Of a stretch of 64,000 nucleotides of DNA, positions 1-14,842 are shown piece after piece. A program made the translations under genes and the position numbers. Each line of letters opens with the position of its first letter. Positions within the stretch are counted from its first letter, which is position 1. The DNA lies in the NCBI RefSeq assembly GCF_006345805.1, contig NW_021836146.1, positions 186,001-250,000 of the forward strand, given 5' to 3'. The notes under the pieces are model-generated. The model saw only the letters and a program-made list of their open reading frames with translations. It did not search any database and was not told where the DNA came from. Origin of the DNA: Octopus sinensis. Its lineage: Eukaryota.

Positions 1-660
1 TATGGACCCTCAGACTTTGTCAAATTTTAGTCTCAAATTTTACAATTTTCTTTTAAAAAAAAATCACTCATAGCAGTTTTGCCCTTGTGCATTCATCCAA
101 AATGGATTTTCAGCCCAACATGAAAACACCTTTAGTCAAAGAACAGCAATGCTTTGATAGGATGAATTTTTCAGAAATAACCCAATAAATTTCCCATTAA
201 TTCAATGAAATATTCATGGGTTCTGCTAGTGAAAATAAATACACTAAGGAATAGAATAAATGAGGCCTTTAGTAACAGTGTCGTAAGTGCCAACCCAGCC
301 ATTTTCGAGGTTAGTATATCATTTTCTTTGTCTAGATGTCTAGAATCCAAAAAAGTTGGGAGGAAGAACTGGTGAGGCTTGCAATAAGGTTGAAAATCCA
401 ACAGAAAAAAATTGTACCTCGACACTATTGACACGATGCTTGCTCACCCAAACTCAGACTAGAGAGTTTACTAACACACCATCATAAGCACACATACTCA
501 ATTAATGACCTTGGTGTGGTCCCTGTATCATTTTCCAAGGTGTTATGGCTCATTTTCTATTATTCCTCGTTACCATCATAACGATAATAAGCTATTATCT
601 TACTATCTTGTCTTACCTCTTAAAGATACTTAACTTGGTATATTGAAACACAAACAATAC

Positions 661-744
661 CTTTGGGGAGTCTCTGTATGTTTTTTTCAAGGTATTTGGC
701 TAAAATATGCAATGTGATACGCCATTTTGTAATACCAGTATATT
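661..744 (-). CDS. Candidate internal exon of an unidentified gene (EYTGITKWRITLHILAKYLEKNIQRLPK)
   Basis: Acceptor tctttctcattttgtag|, donor AAAG|gtattg. 84 nt, open, phase 1-1, and in frame with the 1068-1120 exon. Confidence 0.6.
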
Positions 745-1067
745 CTACAAAATGAGAAAGATGCAGTCATTGTTTCATCTTTCAGATGCATACGCAAATA
801 GATAATTTTAGATAGGTGGAATGATTAGACGAAGTCTTCACACTCATTTTAAGACCAAAGCTAGCTTTCTAACTTCATTCCTTGTTGAGATATTGCTTTC
901 TGAATGTTGCAAAGCATTGACAGTTTTTTCTCAATTTTTGAGTTGTGGCGCTTATGACAATCTGTTACAAAACGCCTGAAATGAGGGTTTAAACATTTCA
1001 AATTATACCTTTTATCAAAGAAATGAAAAAGTAATTAGAGACACAAGAAAAGGATTAGTTACTATAC

Positions 1068-1120
1068 CAACATGTCTTCCTATAATTTCAGGTTTAGCAT
1101 AAAAATGAAGTTGGCATGGA
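1068..1120 (-). CDS. Candidate internal exon (PCQLHFYAKPEIIGRHV)
   Basis: Long polypyrimidine acceptor ending cctatcag|, donor GTTG|gtatag. 53 nt; joins the 661-744 exon in frame (G+AA=Glu). Confidence 0.55.
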
Positions 1121-1259
1121 CTGATAGGAATGGAAGCGAGGACATTCAGGAGAGTAAGAGGAGAGAAGAGAGAGGAAGAAGCAAGAAAGGAAAGAATAAG
1201 TGAGGAGAGAGAAAAGAAAGCAAGAAATATATTATTAATATAAATTATTGGAAAATTAT

Positions 1260-1660
1260 AGGCGCAGGAATGGCTGTGTGGTAAGTAGCTTACCAACCAC
1301 ATGGTTCCGGGTTCAGTCCCACTGCGTGGCATCTTGGGAAAGTGTCTTCTACTAAAGCCTCGGGCTGACCAAAGCCTTGTGAGTGGATTTGGTAGATGGA
1401 AACTGAAAGAAGCCTGTCGTATATATGTATATATATGTATGTGTGTGTGTGTATGTTTGTGTGTCTGTGTTTGTCCCCCTAGCATTGCTTGACAACCGAT
1501 GCTGGTGTGTTTACGTCACTTAGCGGTTCGGCAAAAGAGACCGATAGAATAAGTACTGGGCTTACAAAGAATAAGTCCCAGGGTCAATTTGCTCGACTAA
1601 AGGCGGTGCTCCAGCATGGCCGCAGTCAAATGACTGAAACAAGTAAAAGAGAAAAAAAAA
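1260..1660 (+). mobile_element. tRNA-derived SINE family A, full length
   Basis: A-box GGCTGTGTGGTAAG, B-box GGTTCAGTCCC, (TA)(TG) linker, 3' module ending GAAACAAGTAAAAGAG; many copies in the window. Confidence 0.9.
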
Positions 1661-1806
1661 GAGAGAACTGCAAAACATGAAAATTCTTCACATAAATAGT
1701 AGCAGAGCCAGTAAAAAAATAAATCAAGAGCTATCCAATTTTCTGCATTATGAAAGTAAACCAAGGCTACAAAATTTTAAATATAATGACAATGACAAGA
1801 AATTAC

Positions 1807-1845
1807 ACAGAGTTCTTCTTGCATTCAAAACAGTAATAATAACCT
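1807..1845 (-). CDS. Candidate short exon (GYYYCFECKKNS)
   Basis: gttgtcttag| acceptor and |gtaatt donor; ends in phase 2, compatible with the 1068-1120 exon. Short, so it could be chance. Confidence 0.3.
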
Positions 1846-3834
1846 CTAAGACAACATTAAAAGATTTGACTTCTGAAATGGTTTAAAATGAAACTTAAAG
1901 GACTAGCTAATAATATGCGAAAACTTTAATGAAAAGGGGAGGAATAGAGCAGTCCTGTTTACAATAGCACAAATATAATTGATTTGTTCCTATATATATA
2001 CAATATGTGAGTGAGTGAGTGAGTGTATGCGTGTATGCATGTGTGTGTGAATATATATAAAATACAATCTGATATATTTTTACCCCTTTACAAAAGTAAG
2101 TGTTAAAAATTAGCCCTGAATTTATTATATTATCATTCTATGAGACATAACTTCTGTAATTTTGGTCACAATTAGCAAAATAGCCAACGGTGAAAATGAT
2201 TACCAAAGATGAAAAAGAAAATTTGATTCTATTATCAAGATAAACTTGAGAAAATAATTAGAAGATTGTAGTAGTTGATATTGACATATATACTTTAAAT
2301 TTTCAGACATTTGCATTATTTTGTTAAGAGAGTGTATCTAAGATATCTTAAGCAACAGAACCTAAAACTCTTCTATATGATGCATCTAATTTCACTATTC
2401 TAGATTGCTATAAATTTCTTAACACTTGCAGATAAACACCTGTACTCAAATAGAACCACTTTATTTTAAATATTTTAATTTTCTTCTGATGAAATGATTT
2501 CCTCTCCAGGTCATTCATACAACATTGAGCCATTTGTCAATTTCATTTGAAAAAACTTCACATGTCAGAATTTGGTTTCAAGGAAATTTAGTCTGTAAAC
2601 CAACATGTAGTAGCTTAAAAATTACAAGTTCAATCCTTGTAAGATTTAAACATTTAACTATTTTCCATACATGGGAAAAGTGTTATTGTATAATATTAGA
2701 GGACAATTTTAAAAGTATTTATTGGCAGCTCTATCAGCTTGTATCACAAGAATTTAATACTGTAAAGTAATGCACATTTCTTTATTTGCTGCAATTTAAT
2801 CAGCTTCAACATAATTTCTAGACACACTTGATGATAAATGAGTTAGCACAATCTAAGATATCCAGTAGTTCAACATTAAACTTGTCAACAAAAGAATTCT
2901 TCTGAAAAAATTGTTCTATTTGCTTCACCATTATAGTATGAGGTGGCTAATTTCTCAAATTTGAATAGTTGCAGCATATCTGCTACAGTTTAAAACACTT
3001 CCTATCTATACTCAAATAAGAAATGCGAGTTGCTTTAGCTTCTACTTACTAAAATAAAATGAATAAAAATACTAGTTTCAAATTTTAGCACAAAGCCATC
3101 AGTTTTGTGAGATAAGTGCTCAACTGGTACTTATTTTATCAACCTTGAACAATGAAAGGCAAAGCCAACTTCGGCAGAATTTGAACTTGGAATGTAAAGA
3201 CGAATGATATACTACTAAGCATTTTGTCCAGCATGATAACTCTTCTGCCAGTTCATGGCCTTAATGAATATAAATATCAAAAAATGAAATAAGCCCAACT
3301 TAATGCCAAGTTTAGAGCAGAGATTAACTCAAGCCTTTTGAATTAATGATTTAGTATGCTAATCCCTTTACCAGAAATATGAGAAACAGCTGGTAGCTAT
3401 TTCACTGTCACAGTGTAAATAGAGTGTGAATAGTTGCAAGTATTTGACAACAGAAAGGGCATTGAACCCCAGAAAACTGCCTCAACAAATCCCAGCTGAG
3501 CCACATAAGCATGTGAAGCAGCAGCAGTCAAGCTTACAATATATAGGTTTATCATTTAACAACAGGTTATCTGAAAAGATGAGGATAAAATACTGGATGA
3601 AATTATCATCACAAACTCACTGATTCACTTTGCTGCAGCAGAACTATTATATTAAACAATAAGACAAGTGAACAGTCTGCAGGTACTAGCAACTTGATTT
3701 TCAAAAATATTAACAATTTCTGAAAATTTGAAAGCCAGGTTGTAGAATGGTAGAATCATCAGAGTATCTGATAAAATGCTCTGCCATATTTGTTCTGGCA
3801 CTTAACATCCTGAGTTTATATCCCTCTAAGATTA

Positions 3835-4334
3835 ACATAAATCTTCGAGTATAATCCGCATTTTTCCCCAAAATTTAAAGGTCAAAATCCCTAGTGTGTA
3901 CTATATATGAGGTTAAATGTGAAAATCATTTTCTAAGCAATGTCCGAGTCTCTATTTGCTGTCCAGCAATGTTTATTCAGACGCATTTTGTGATGTCGGG
4001 CACAAAAATACATTAAGCTAAGCCTGAAAGCAATGAAGTCATTAAAAAATCATCCATAACTTGCAGTAAGCAACATTTATTAAATGTTATTACTGTTATT
4101 TCTTTATTTTCTGCAAACAAAATGCCCCAAAAACTACATGTTTGCATTATGTTATATGTACAATAATAATAAAGGATGTTACCATATACATTTTTACAAA
4201 CCAAGGACATTGTATAGACCTCCTTGAACAGGTGTGCATATTATACACAAGGTTTAGGTTTTTCAGAGGTACAGCCCACTAAAAATCCCCAGTGTATTTA
4301 TACTCAAGGGCGAACTATACTCGAAGATTTACGA
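3835..4334. mobile_element. pogo/Tc1-mariner-type non-autonomous DNA transposon (MITE)
   Basis: TIRs (A)CATAAATCTTCGAGTATAATCCGC and GCGAACTATACTCGAAGATTTACG(A), flanked by TA. Confidence 0.7.
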
Positions 4335-7204
4335 TAGCTTTCCTTTTCAGCATTCAGGGATCAATAAGTATCTGTGAAGTACTAGGGTCGATATAACTGT
4401 TACCTTCTTTACAAATTTCAAGCCTTATGCTTGTGTAAGAAATCAATATTTTTCAGTTCACCACAGATGATAATGATAGCTAAATGTTTGTAATGTTTAG
4501 CTTCAGACATATTTTTTCATATTCTTTCTCAAACATTGTTGGGTTCTGCATACCAGTCACTTAACTGAAAACGATATAGCTACGAAAAGAAATTAAAGGG
4601 ATTTCAGTCTCATTTTATTCTTTAACTGAAAGGCTTGATGATGTCAATGTAGGCTTTTAAAATATAAAAAAACTACAGTAAAAATAAATAACTTTAAATT
4701 AATACCACCCACATTCCTCTTTAATATAATCATCTGCATATATACATGTATGTTAACAGATAGAATCACACACAAACTTATTTTTATAAAAAGGTACAAG
4801 TGAACACACTATTGATTATTTGGGTACTGGTGCAATCTATTTACCAGTAGGAAGAAAAAGAAAACGAATAAATAAAAAAAGCTTTCTTAAAATATTTTGC
4901 AATAAATCTCAGTTCTCTTGGAGATTTCCTGAACATTAAATCAGAGTTCAATAACAGAAATTGGAATCATTTTTTTATTTACTTTTTTCCCTTTTCCTTC
5001 CTTTCTTTTCCATTATCTATTTCACTTTCATTGTATATGATATTTCTACATTTTCAAACAAGCCAAAAAGGATAACATTCTCCAATTTCCTTGGCAGCAA
5101 CATTTTTTCTTTTTTTTTTATAAAACCCATTAAAAAGAATGAATAATGACAACTAATTGTTTTATGTGTATTTTCCAAAATCTAAGATATAAAATACATA
5201 ATATAATAAAGATTTACTTTTGAGTATATATTCTTTTTTGCCACATTATACAGCATCAAAAGAAAATTTAGAAGAGGATGTTAATTCTTTATCACCAACT
5301 AGATTGTAAATAGATATTTAAACATATTTTAAAGTAAAAGAGATAGGGATGACATCAGTGCAACAGGAAATGATCATGAGAACTGGATAATGAAGTCTAA
5401 CGAGTAACGGTAAATGGAACTTGATGGAAGTCAAATTGCGCTTTAGACATAATAAGCCTGGCATATTGAAAGCAATATGACAAAGTATTTGGAGATGGTG
5501 CTAATACATATCTGAGAAACTACTGAAAGTTTCGAGTTTATCTGGCTTTTTAGATACTGGATCCTGCACATCTCTACTGTAGCTATCACTGTAACTTCCA
5601 AGCATACCACAAGGATTCTAATATTTCAAAATTTACAGAAAATACCTCTACAAAGAACTGATAGTGCTCAGCAAACTCATGTTAAGTTGGATCATTCATT
5701 AAAATTCATATAGTCACACGATTATTAGAACAAAAGTACTATTATATATGAGAAGAAATTTAAAAAGGCAGAGCTGGCAAATGATTTGTTGACAGAAAAC
5801 CACTGGTTGTTGCCCAGCTGAACTGGAAACATTTGTAGCCTACAGCACAGTGAAGATTATAAATAATTATGATGACACAATGAATGTCCATCAGATTTTG
5901 TCTATCAAATTTGCTTACATAGCATTGGTTAGCCTGAGGCAATAATAGTAGACACTCACCCAAGATGCTGTGCAGTGGGACTGAACCAGAAGCCACATGA
6001 CTGTGAAACTAAATACTTAACTACATGGTCAAAGTAATTGAAACTGAGAATCAAAACTAAATTGTTGGTTCTACTAACCAAAGATTTTATGTTACATGGA
6101 GTTTATAAATACATCTGCAGTTGGTCTACTGTAATTAATTATAATGAAAATAATGCCAATGAATATAAATCTATTTAAGTATTGTACGTTTACTGTCAAA
6201 ACCTGTAGGTATCATGCATTGATGCGAACTTACAAGACTAATCTTACTTAATAAACTGACAGCCTATCAACAATAACCAAATTGAAAATAAAAACAAATA
6301 ATTATTTAAATCTACTCAATATAACGAAAACATATAGAAAGTATTGAATATAAACGATCATTGATTATGAAAATAAAGTGAGTGCTGTCATTCATTATTC
6401 TCAAAACTTTGTAAAAAAAAATTAATTATTCACATAATATAGCTTACAGTATTTAAAAAAAAAATGATGCTTAAATGTTTTGAATGGAGTAGGTGTATTG
6501 TGGAATCACGTTTTGAATTATTGATATGAAGAGCTTCTAACCAAAGAACAAAACAGCAAAATCTAAGAATTTACTTCAAAACAAAAATGAAATCAATAGA
6601 AATAAGAATCACGTCCACAATACATGCTACTTAGATATATCAATCATCATACATTGATGCTTATAATAACTCCAACAGCACTAACAGTATTACAAATACT
6701 TACTACCATTGCAGCATAACCCTTAACAGGTACTCAGTCCAAGCTATTTTCCTTCTCATAAAGATATCAGATATTTTGTGTATTTTCAACTTCTTGTGCA
6801 ACATAGTTTCACGTAACAGCATTTTCGACATCATATCTTAAATAACTTAGGTACTCTGGTTTCTGCTAATCTCGGGGGGAAACCTTATTAACAAACTATG
6901 TATTAGAGGTGACAGTCTTTTTTTATAAATCTAGTTCATCAATAAAGAATAATGTTAGAACTAAGCAAAACAGGCTAATATGACAAGTCGATTTGACTCT
7001 GGTTGATTAGCGACACTTTCATTTTAAAAGTCTTAACCTTAGTGAGGTAAAAATCTGTTTCCACACCAGCTAAATCTAGACTCAAAATTATGAGAGTTAT
7101 AACTAAGATTTCAACAAATATCCAACCCCAACCAAAGAAGGCTACATATTTATAAGATAAAAGAAAATTGGCATAATTAGTCAAAAACAAATCATCTTTC
7201 TCAC

Positions 7205-7284
7205 TGAATAAGCAGGTGATACTGCCACAATTTTAGGAGTGCCAATTTTATAACTGGTTATCCTTCTTGGTACCAACTTCCCAA
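7205..7284 (-). CDS. Candidate exon ([26 protein letters not shown])
   Basis: 80 nt open with donor TCA|gtgaga, but the acceptor follows a (TA)n tract and is weak. Confidence 0.25.
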
Positions 7285-8066
7285 CTATATATATATATAT
7301 ATATACATACATATATATATAAATATATATATATGCACACTTATATATGCATATATATAAATGCATACATATATATAAATGCATACATATATGTACATAT
7401 ATATGTATATATATATATAATGCATACATAAATATATGTACATATATATGCATATTTACATACACATATATATCTACATATATATACACACACAAGAAAT
7501 TTTGTCTTTTCAACCTCGTTCATCTACTCCTTTATTTCAGTGCAGATCATAAACCCCTTATTAGTTCTTTTCATTATTCTATCAATTTCATTAGCATGTA
7601 AATATAGTATAAATAGTTTCATCTTCCTCGTTGTCGTCTTAAGATCATCACATATTAATTTATTCAAGTTTATCACATCCTCACTTATTTCTCTAATTTT
7701 GTCACAGATTGGCTGGCCGAAAATTCTAAGATTTTTCAATTCTATTTCATTTATTATCAGCATTTGCTGTTTCATTAAATTACGTTACCCAAAATCCAAA
7801 AAGAATATTGTTCTCCCTCGTGTTCTATCCCTGACCACCCTAACTCTGGCCCCCTTTCTCTCTACTTCACTCTGTCTCTCTCTCTGTTTCGTTTACCACT
7901 TTCTTCACCAACACTTCCCCCTCCCCACCCCCACCCCTATATAAACTAGTGCACGCACTTGGATTCCCCTACTCCCCTGAAAGTATACAAATCCATAAGA
8001 TGCTCTCATCTAAACTTGCTAGCTCGTGGTATGCTCATGTAGTGCTCTCGTATATATATGTGTGCA

Positions 8067-8111
<45 letters not shown>

Positions 8112-8269
8112 ATATATATATATGTGTGCGTGTGTATATATATGTGTGCATGTGTGTATATATAAGTGTGCGTGTGTGTGTGTATATATATATAAGAACA
8201 TATTGTATGCTTACATTTTATCAATTTGGCTGATAATTTCTTGCCACTTCTGATGATAATTTTTATAAT

Positions 8270-9400
8270 ACCATCCCTTATATGATGATGGGTGCCGGTG
8301 AGGAGGGTGGTGTTGGAGAGGTAAGGAGAAATGCGGCAGCATGGGCTGGAGCAGAGGAATGAGCCAGTTGGGAGGTTGGGTTAGGGAAGAAGCTGTGGAC
8401 CAAGAGGTCTTGTAGGTTGTGGGCTCATTTGAAGGAGGGGAGGAGTCGGTTAGGGAAGATGTGCAAAGTGGAGGATTCAGACTGGAGTTGCTGGAAGGCT
8501 CAGAGAATGGTGCATTGGAGAGGTAAGGTGGTGGGATGGTAGGTGAGGGAAAACCGGAGATGGTGGGGTGAGTACAGGGGAGAGAGCAGATGCACGGTCT
8601 ATGGAATGTGTTCTGGCAAGTGCGGTGTGGATAGTGGTGAGGGGATATTCACGTAGGATGAAGTGGCGAGCATGAGTTGAGACTGAGTCTCAAAGTCATG
8701 GACGTCACTACAGGGCCTACATAGACGGAGGAATTAGGAATAGGGGATGGAAAGCTTGGTGCGTTTAGGGTGGGAGGAGGAGAAGTTGAAGAATGAGTGT
8801 GAGTCTGTGTGTTTGTAGTGGATGGAGGTGGTGAGAGTGGAGTGATGAATGCTGACTGAAATTTCAAGAAAGGAGACAGAGGTGTCAGAGATAGTAGAGG
8901 AGAAGTGGAGGGCAGAATGAAAAGATTTGACAAAAGAGAGGAAGGAATGTAGATGTTCACGGGTGAGTGAGGTCACACCGATACAGTCGTCAAAATAACG
9001 GCCATATAGTTCGGGAGTGGGACCAGTGAAACTTGAGAATATTTGGGCCTCAGTGTAGCCAACTAACAGGTTCACATAGTTAGGGCCCATTCTCGTTCCC
9101 ATGGCCACTCCCAAGAGCTGCTGGTAAAAATCACCAGTGAACGAGAAGCAGTTGAGTGAGAGGACAGGTTCAGACAGACGAATAAGTGTGAATGTGTCGG
9201 GTGTGGTGTTGGGTCAAAGGTCAAGGAAATGTTGGAGTGCACGCAGCCCCTAGTGGTGAGGGATCACCGTGTAAAGGCTCTGGATGTCGAGAGTGAAGAG
9301 AAGTTTAGAAGGGCCAGGAAGGAAGGAGAAAGAGTTCAACAAACAAAGAGCATGGTTGGTGTCGAGGATGTGAGAGGGGAGGGAAGCCACTGGGGGGGGG
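8270..9400 (-). mobile_element. Penelope-like retroelement remnant (reverse transcriptase and thumb, degenerate)
   Basis: Minus-strand translation gives LFTLDIQSLYTVIP, GVAMGTRMGPNY, YGRYFDDC, SIHYKHTDSHSFFNFSSSHP..TKLSIPYS, LTYHP and HNLQDLLVHS, typical PLE RT and C-terminal motifs; stops and frameshifts present. Confidence 0.85.
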
Positions 9401-9514
9401 GGCAAGGACACAGTCAAGATATCTTATATTGTATGTATATATTTTATTAAATTTGCCTGTACTACTGATAATTTGCTTGCCACTCGTGATATTTTAATAA
9501 TACTATCCCTTCTT

Positions 9515-9553
<39 letters not shown>

Positions 9554-11110
9554 AAGACCCCTTCGGTCATGAGTGACCATGAGTTTTTGCACCTAGAGAG
9601 TTACCCTCTGAGGCACAAGTCTGGGCAAGGTTGTTTTTATGGAATACCAGTAGTCGCCCATGCACACCGGCCTCCCCTCTCCACGCTACCAGTGTTATCT
9701 AAGGGAAAGACAAAGGTCGATACAGTTTGGCACCTGTGACGTCACAACTCATTTCTATATATATATATATGTGTATGTATGTATATATATAATACATGTG
9801 TATGTATATGTATGTGTGAGTATGTATGTGTGTATGTATGTATAACAGCAATAGTGTACATTTCATTTAAAACAAATTCACTGTAAATTAAGTTCTCTCA
9901 GGTGGTTATTAAAAAACAAAAACAAATACAAAATTTTGACATTTTTCCTAAAGATAATGGATATTTGTTTATTATATAATAAATTTGTTGACAATTTGGT
10001 ACTTACTACAGCAACTAACTTTTTCAAAGCTTATATCATTTTTAGTTCTTTTTATTTTGTCAACTAGCATCACATTTACACACTTTATAACTTTTAACAA
10101 AAGATTTAATGGATATTGGTGAGAAGAAGAAAAAAAAGGTTATCAGAAAAGCAAATGGTTACAGTGACAGGCTATGATTATTGTATGTTTTTTATGTTGC
10201 AGTATTTGTTTATTTATTATTTATAATGATTCCATTCAGTAAAACTAACTTCTGTCTCACATTTCTAAAAAGGTATTTATTTTTATTACCAATTAAAAAA
10301 AAAAAATCTAATAAATAAAATTTTGAAAAGAAAATGCTTTATATCAATGTATTTATTGGCTTCTCTGTTGGCAACTCTTCAGTTTTGTAAATATATGTCT
10401 ACACAGTGTGAGGAAGAAGTCATAAAAAGTTGGTAATAATAATATGCTTGAGATAATTTCACAGAGGGAAAATAACAACCTGAATAATAATAATACTAAT
10501 AATTTCCTGACAAAAGAAGACATGACAGGAAAGTAACATCCATTACAATGGAAGGTTCCAGTACCACTTATATGAAAAAAAATTTTTTTATCAAATCTAA
10601 AATAGAATAAATAGCAGCAATGATAACAACAGGAAGAAAAACAGCAATAATAATGATAATAAAAACAGCAATATACATTAATGAACTTAAAGGCTAAAAA
10701 GAAAAAAATGAATGCATGCTGACTTTAATGTCAAAAATTAATTAATGGATTTTTTTTAAATTCCTCACCTACTAATTTTGAGGAAATTTCATTGTGAAAA
10801 ATAAATGATGATTGCATTAATATTCCGTACATTTTTCTAAATGAAAGAAATGTAATTTTCCTGATGAGATATTGATGAATTGTTTAGTAATGCTTAGTAC
10901 TGAGTAAATGCAAATGTTCTGTTAACATGCTTTCACATGTCTGGAACATCAGGCTGGAGTTGATAGATCATTCCATTCTACAAGTGTTAAATTATACCAG
11001 TATGAGTTATATACATCAGCCAAAGTCATGCTAGCATAGAAAAACAGACATTAAACAAACTAAAATATGCATTGTGTATATATGTGTATGTGTGTGTGTG
11101 TGTGTGTGAA

Positions 11111-11443
11111 GGTGCATAGCTCAGTAGTTAGAGCATCAGGCTCACAATCACGAGGTGGTGAGTTCGATTCTCAGACTAGGCCCATGTGTTGTGTTTTTCA
11201 GCAAGACACTTTATTTCACATTATTCCAGTCCACTCGGCTGTAGAAATGAGTTGCAGCATCACTGGTGTCAAGCTGTACCAACCTTTACCTTTCGTTTGG
11301 ATAACTTCAGTAGCATGGTGAGAGGAGGCTGGTAAGCATGGGTGACTGATGGTCTTCCATAAACAAACTTGCCCAGACTTGTGCCTGAGCAGGGAACTTT
11401 CTAGGTGCAAACCCATGGTCATTCATGACCGAAGGGGGTCTTT
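11111..11443 (+). mobile_element. tRNA-derived SINE family D
   Basis: tRNA-like head GGTGCATAGCTCAGTAGTTAGAGC...GAGTTCGATTC; a 5'-truncated minus-strand copy lies at about 9553-9757. Confidence 0.8.
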
Positions 11444-11455
11444 ACAATATTTTAC

Positions 11456-11494
<39 letters not shown>

Positions 11495-12202
11495 ACGCAC
11501 ACGTGTGTTAATGTAAATGTATGTGAGTGCGTGTGGAAGTATGTATGCACACATATATATGTGTATGTGTTATGAATAGGAAAAATTATACTTAGATAAT
11601 TTCTCGTTCACACAACATGAATTAGAACACTGCTCTCTGGTTTTGTAAACAAAGGTAGTGTGATTTTGGCATACATGACTTTTTAAGCATAGGAAATGTG
11701 ATTTTTGGTGCATAGTGAACTATAAAGACTAAAGAATGTGAGGTTGGTGAAGTAACGGCGTTCAGTTGGTGCTGAGAATTAGCTGACACCAAGAAGCCAA
11801 GCTGAACAGAGGGACAGTGTTAAGAGATGGTTCAAAATCTGCTGGAAGACCGTATGCAATGATGAAGTTGGTTTCAGCAATCAATGTGAGGTACACAACA
11901 TAAAGAATGCAGAAGATTTCAGAGGTAAATGAACTCTTTTTAAAAAAAAAAACTCTCTAAAGAACTGTCCATTTGTTGCATAAATGTTTTATTCGCCTCT
12001 TAAATAAATGTTCATTTATTTTGATTATACTTGACAGTTTTGCTTGTTATTTGGAACTCTTCTAATTTCTTTGACTACTGCTTCTTCTGTTCTAAGCAAG
12101 TTGGCTTGCTGAGTATTGCCCACACAGTCTTCTGAGCCATCAGACTACAGATTGTTGTGTTGGCGCCTGTTGGTAATATCAAAAAGCTGCATGCAGCATA
12201 AC

Positions 12203-12244
<42 letters not shown>

Positions 12245-12245
<1 letters not shown>

Positions 12246-12500
12246 CTGTGATACCAGTGGCACGTAAGAGAACCATCCGATCGTGGCCATTGCCAGTGCT
12301 GCCCCGACTGGCCTCGTGCCGGTGGCACATAAAAAGCACCCACTACACTCACTGAGTGATTGGCGTTAGGAAGGGCATCCAGCCGTAGAAACATTGCCAG
12401 ATCAGACTGGGCCTGGTGCAGCCTTCTGGCTTCCCAGACCCCAGTTGAACCATCCAACCTATGCTAGCATGAAAAGCGGACACTAAACGATGATGATATA
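12245..12500 (+). mobile_element. SINE/LINE-tail family B ending in (GAT)n
   Basis: GGCGTTAGGAAGGGCATCCAGCCGTAGAAAC...GCTAGCATGAAAAGCGGAC..ACGATGATGAT; other copies near 15.9, 24.6, 31.9, 34.1, 43.1 and 44.4 kb. Confidence 0.8.
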
Positions 12501-13229
12501 TCAAAAGGATGTGTTAGAATACTATTCCACAGCCATACCAACAATCCAATATACTTCCATTATCAGCTGCCCCAAGGATATAACGGTTTCAACATCTGGG
12601 CAGTGTCAATCTGGTAGTGTCAACAGCGCTAAAATAAGTGTTGTTTGGAAACAAACCAAAGAAACCACAGCTTTCAAACACATTTACCCAACATACAACT
12701 GTATTGATAAATAAATTCTAAAAGTAAATTACAACCTCTCCTAAATACATAACGAAACAGCAACGACTCTATTAAGTCATAAAAAAATTATAAACTCTAC
12801 CGTCTTCCATTGTATAAGATAAAAGTAAGCTTGATAACCACAATATTTCAATCAATCAATATATAGGCAGGAATAAACACTAACCTTACTAAAACTACAA
12901 GAGACATTTAAACCAATGTACTTTGAAACAGTATTAATAGTAAACTGCAATAACTAAATTATATGCTAAATTAAGATCCATCTCTAAGTCCATATAAATA
13001 ATAATCAGACCGGTCTTCAATAGATACTACTATAATGAAAGTTCAAACCTTATAAAATTTTTGCCAAAACAAAATACGATTGAAATTAATTTAACTAATA
13101 CTGGGTTCAATCCCAGTATTTGGCACCATGGGCAAATGTCTTTTACTTTACACCCAGAGCAGTCAAAGCCTTGGGAGTGGAAGAAGCCCAAGGTATATGC
13201 ATGCATGTATGCATGATTTTCTATTTCTT

Positions 13230-13266
<37 letters not shown>

Positions 13267-13491
13267 ATGAATGGCTGGATGAGTAGACATATAGACATTT
13301 CATACTGCTCCAAGCTTCTCAGCCATAATTGAGCAGTAGCTGGTTGTTGGTGCAGCCCTCCCTCCCTATGGCACTCACATTCTGGATGTTCCATTGGAAC
13401 TGACTTGAAATTGCATAGGCATCTAAGGCAGTTAGCAATGACACATGCTATCCTGAGTGCATACATACGTGTATACGTGTGTGTGTGTAAT

Positions 13492-13569
<78 letters not shown>

Positions 13570-14842
13570 TATCTATGCACATACACAGACACATATATAA
13601 AAGTATATAACATTAATGAAGCATATTCACATCTAAGCATTTAACAGCAGGAAGGGCATTCAGCTGTAAAACAATACCTCAAAACATTCATCTAACCCAT
13701 ACTAGTAAGGAAAATGGACATAAAAACAAAGGGATGAATACATATAAACATATGCATATCTGTACGACACACACACACATTCATGTGTGCATGTATATAT
13801 GCCTGTGTATATGCATATATGTGCATACATATGTTTAAAATCTTTTATATATATATATATATATATTCAAGTATATATGCATATTATAAATTTCTAATGT
13901 TAATAGTAATGAGGAACAGTAAAATAATTCAACAAAAATGCGATGTAAATCTAAATCACTATGAAATCTTCTTGTAGTTGTTAACTAAGGATTGAGAATA
14001 TATTATATTTAATGCTTTTGGGAAACAGTAATAGAACAATACTAATGCTGATTTCTTAATTATGCATGAAGCTGTTCTTGGGAGGCAAGTAGTATACTTA
14101 AGTGAAATATTATCACCAACTTGAACTGATAATAATAATAATATCAATAATAATAGTCATTTACTTTGCATGTGTCATCACACGGAAACTGTCAATTTTC
14201 TGTAACTGTGTTTTAATTTCAATTACTAATTAAACTAAAATGACTGATAACAATCTAGTAAGTGACAAAAATGTTCACTAACTTAATTACCAAATATCAT
14301 TGACATTTGAGTTTTAAATTCTGCATTATTTTTAATATTCTTGTATTATATATTTACTACTGTTTTTTCTGTGGTTTCATTTTACTATTTTATTTTCTCC
14401 TTAGACCATTAAGACATTCAAATGTAGCTTTTATTCTATGATTTTCAGTGAAAATTTCATTAAGATTCTTATGAATCTGAAACGCTACACTTTTGAACTT
14501 TTTTTTGATTTTATTTATTTATTTTTTTTAATATTTTTGCTTTTTATAAAATCTATCTTTAGAACTGTATGAAACTCTTCTGAAATGAAGGCAATAAAGA
14601 ATGTAAAGAATGTAATTAATGAGAGGATGTGTATTGTTAAATTAAAGTTCCTTGGTTTCTAGTGTGTACAATGAGAAATAAAAGATTAAAAGATAGGATA
14701 TTGGCTTCCTCTTTGTTTTACATAGCACTCACTGTGAGTATATCCATCATATTAGAATATAACATACTTCTATTTCCCTTTTTCCTTTCTTTAATATCTA
14801 TCAAGAATACCTCATTCCAAATATATGCTATAATAGTTCTCC

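Noticed and set aside
171-434. 87-aa minus-strand ORF as a terminal exon
   Set aside because: A phase-compatible acceptor exists (DKENDILTSK...), but it is weak and cannot be verified, so it was not called.
7524-7944. 83-aa minus-strand and 134-aa plus-strand ORFs
   Set aside because: No convincing splice sites or recognisable motif; unresolved.
11111-11185. tRNA-like sequences at SINE heads (also 1261, 31608 and 55508)
   Set aside because: They continue into SINE bodies and lack a complete cloverleaf, so they are not tRNA genes.
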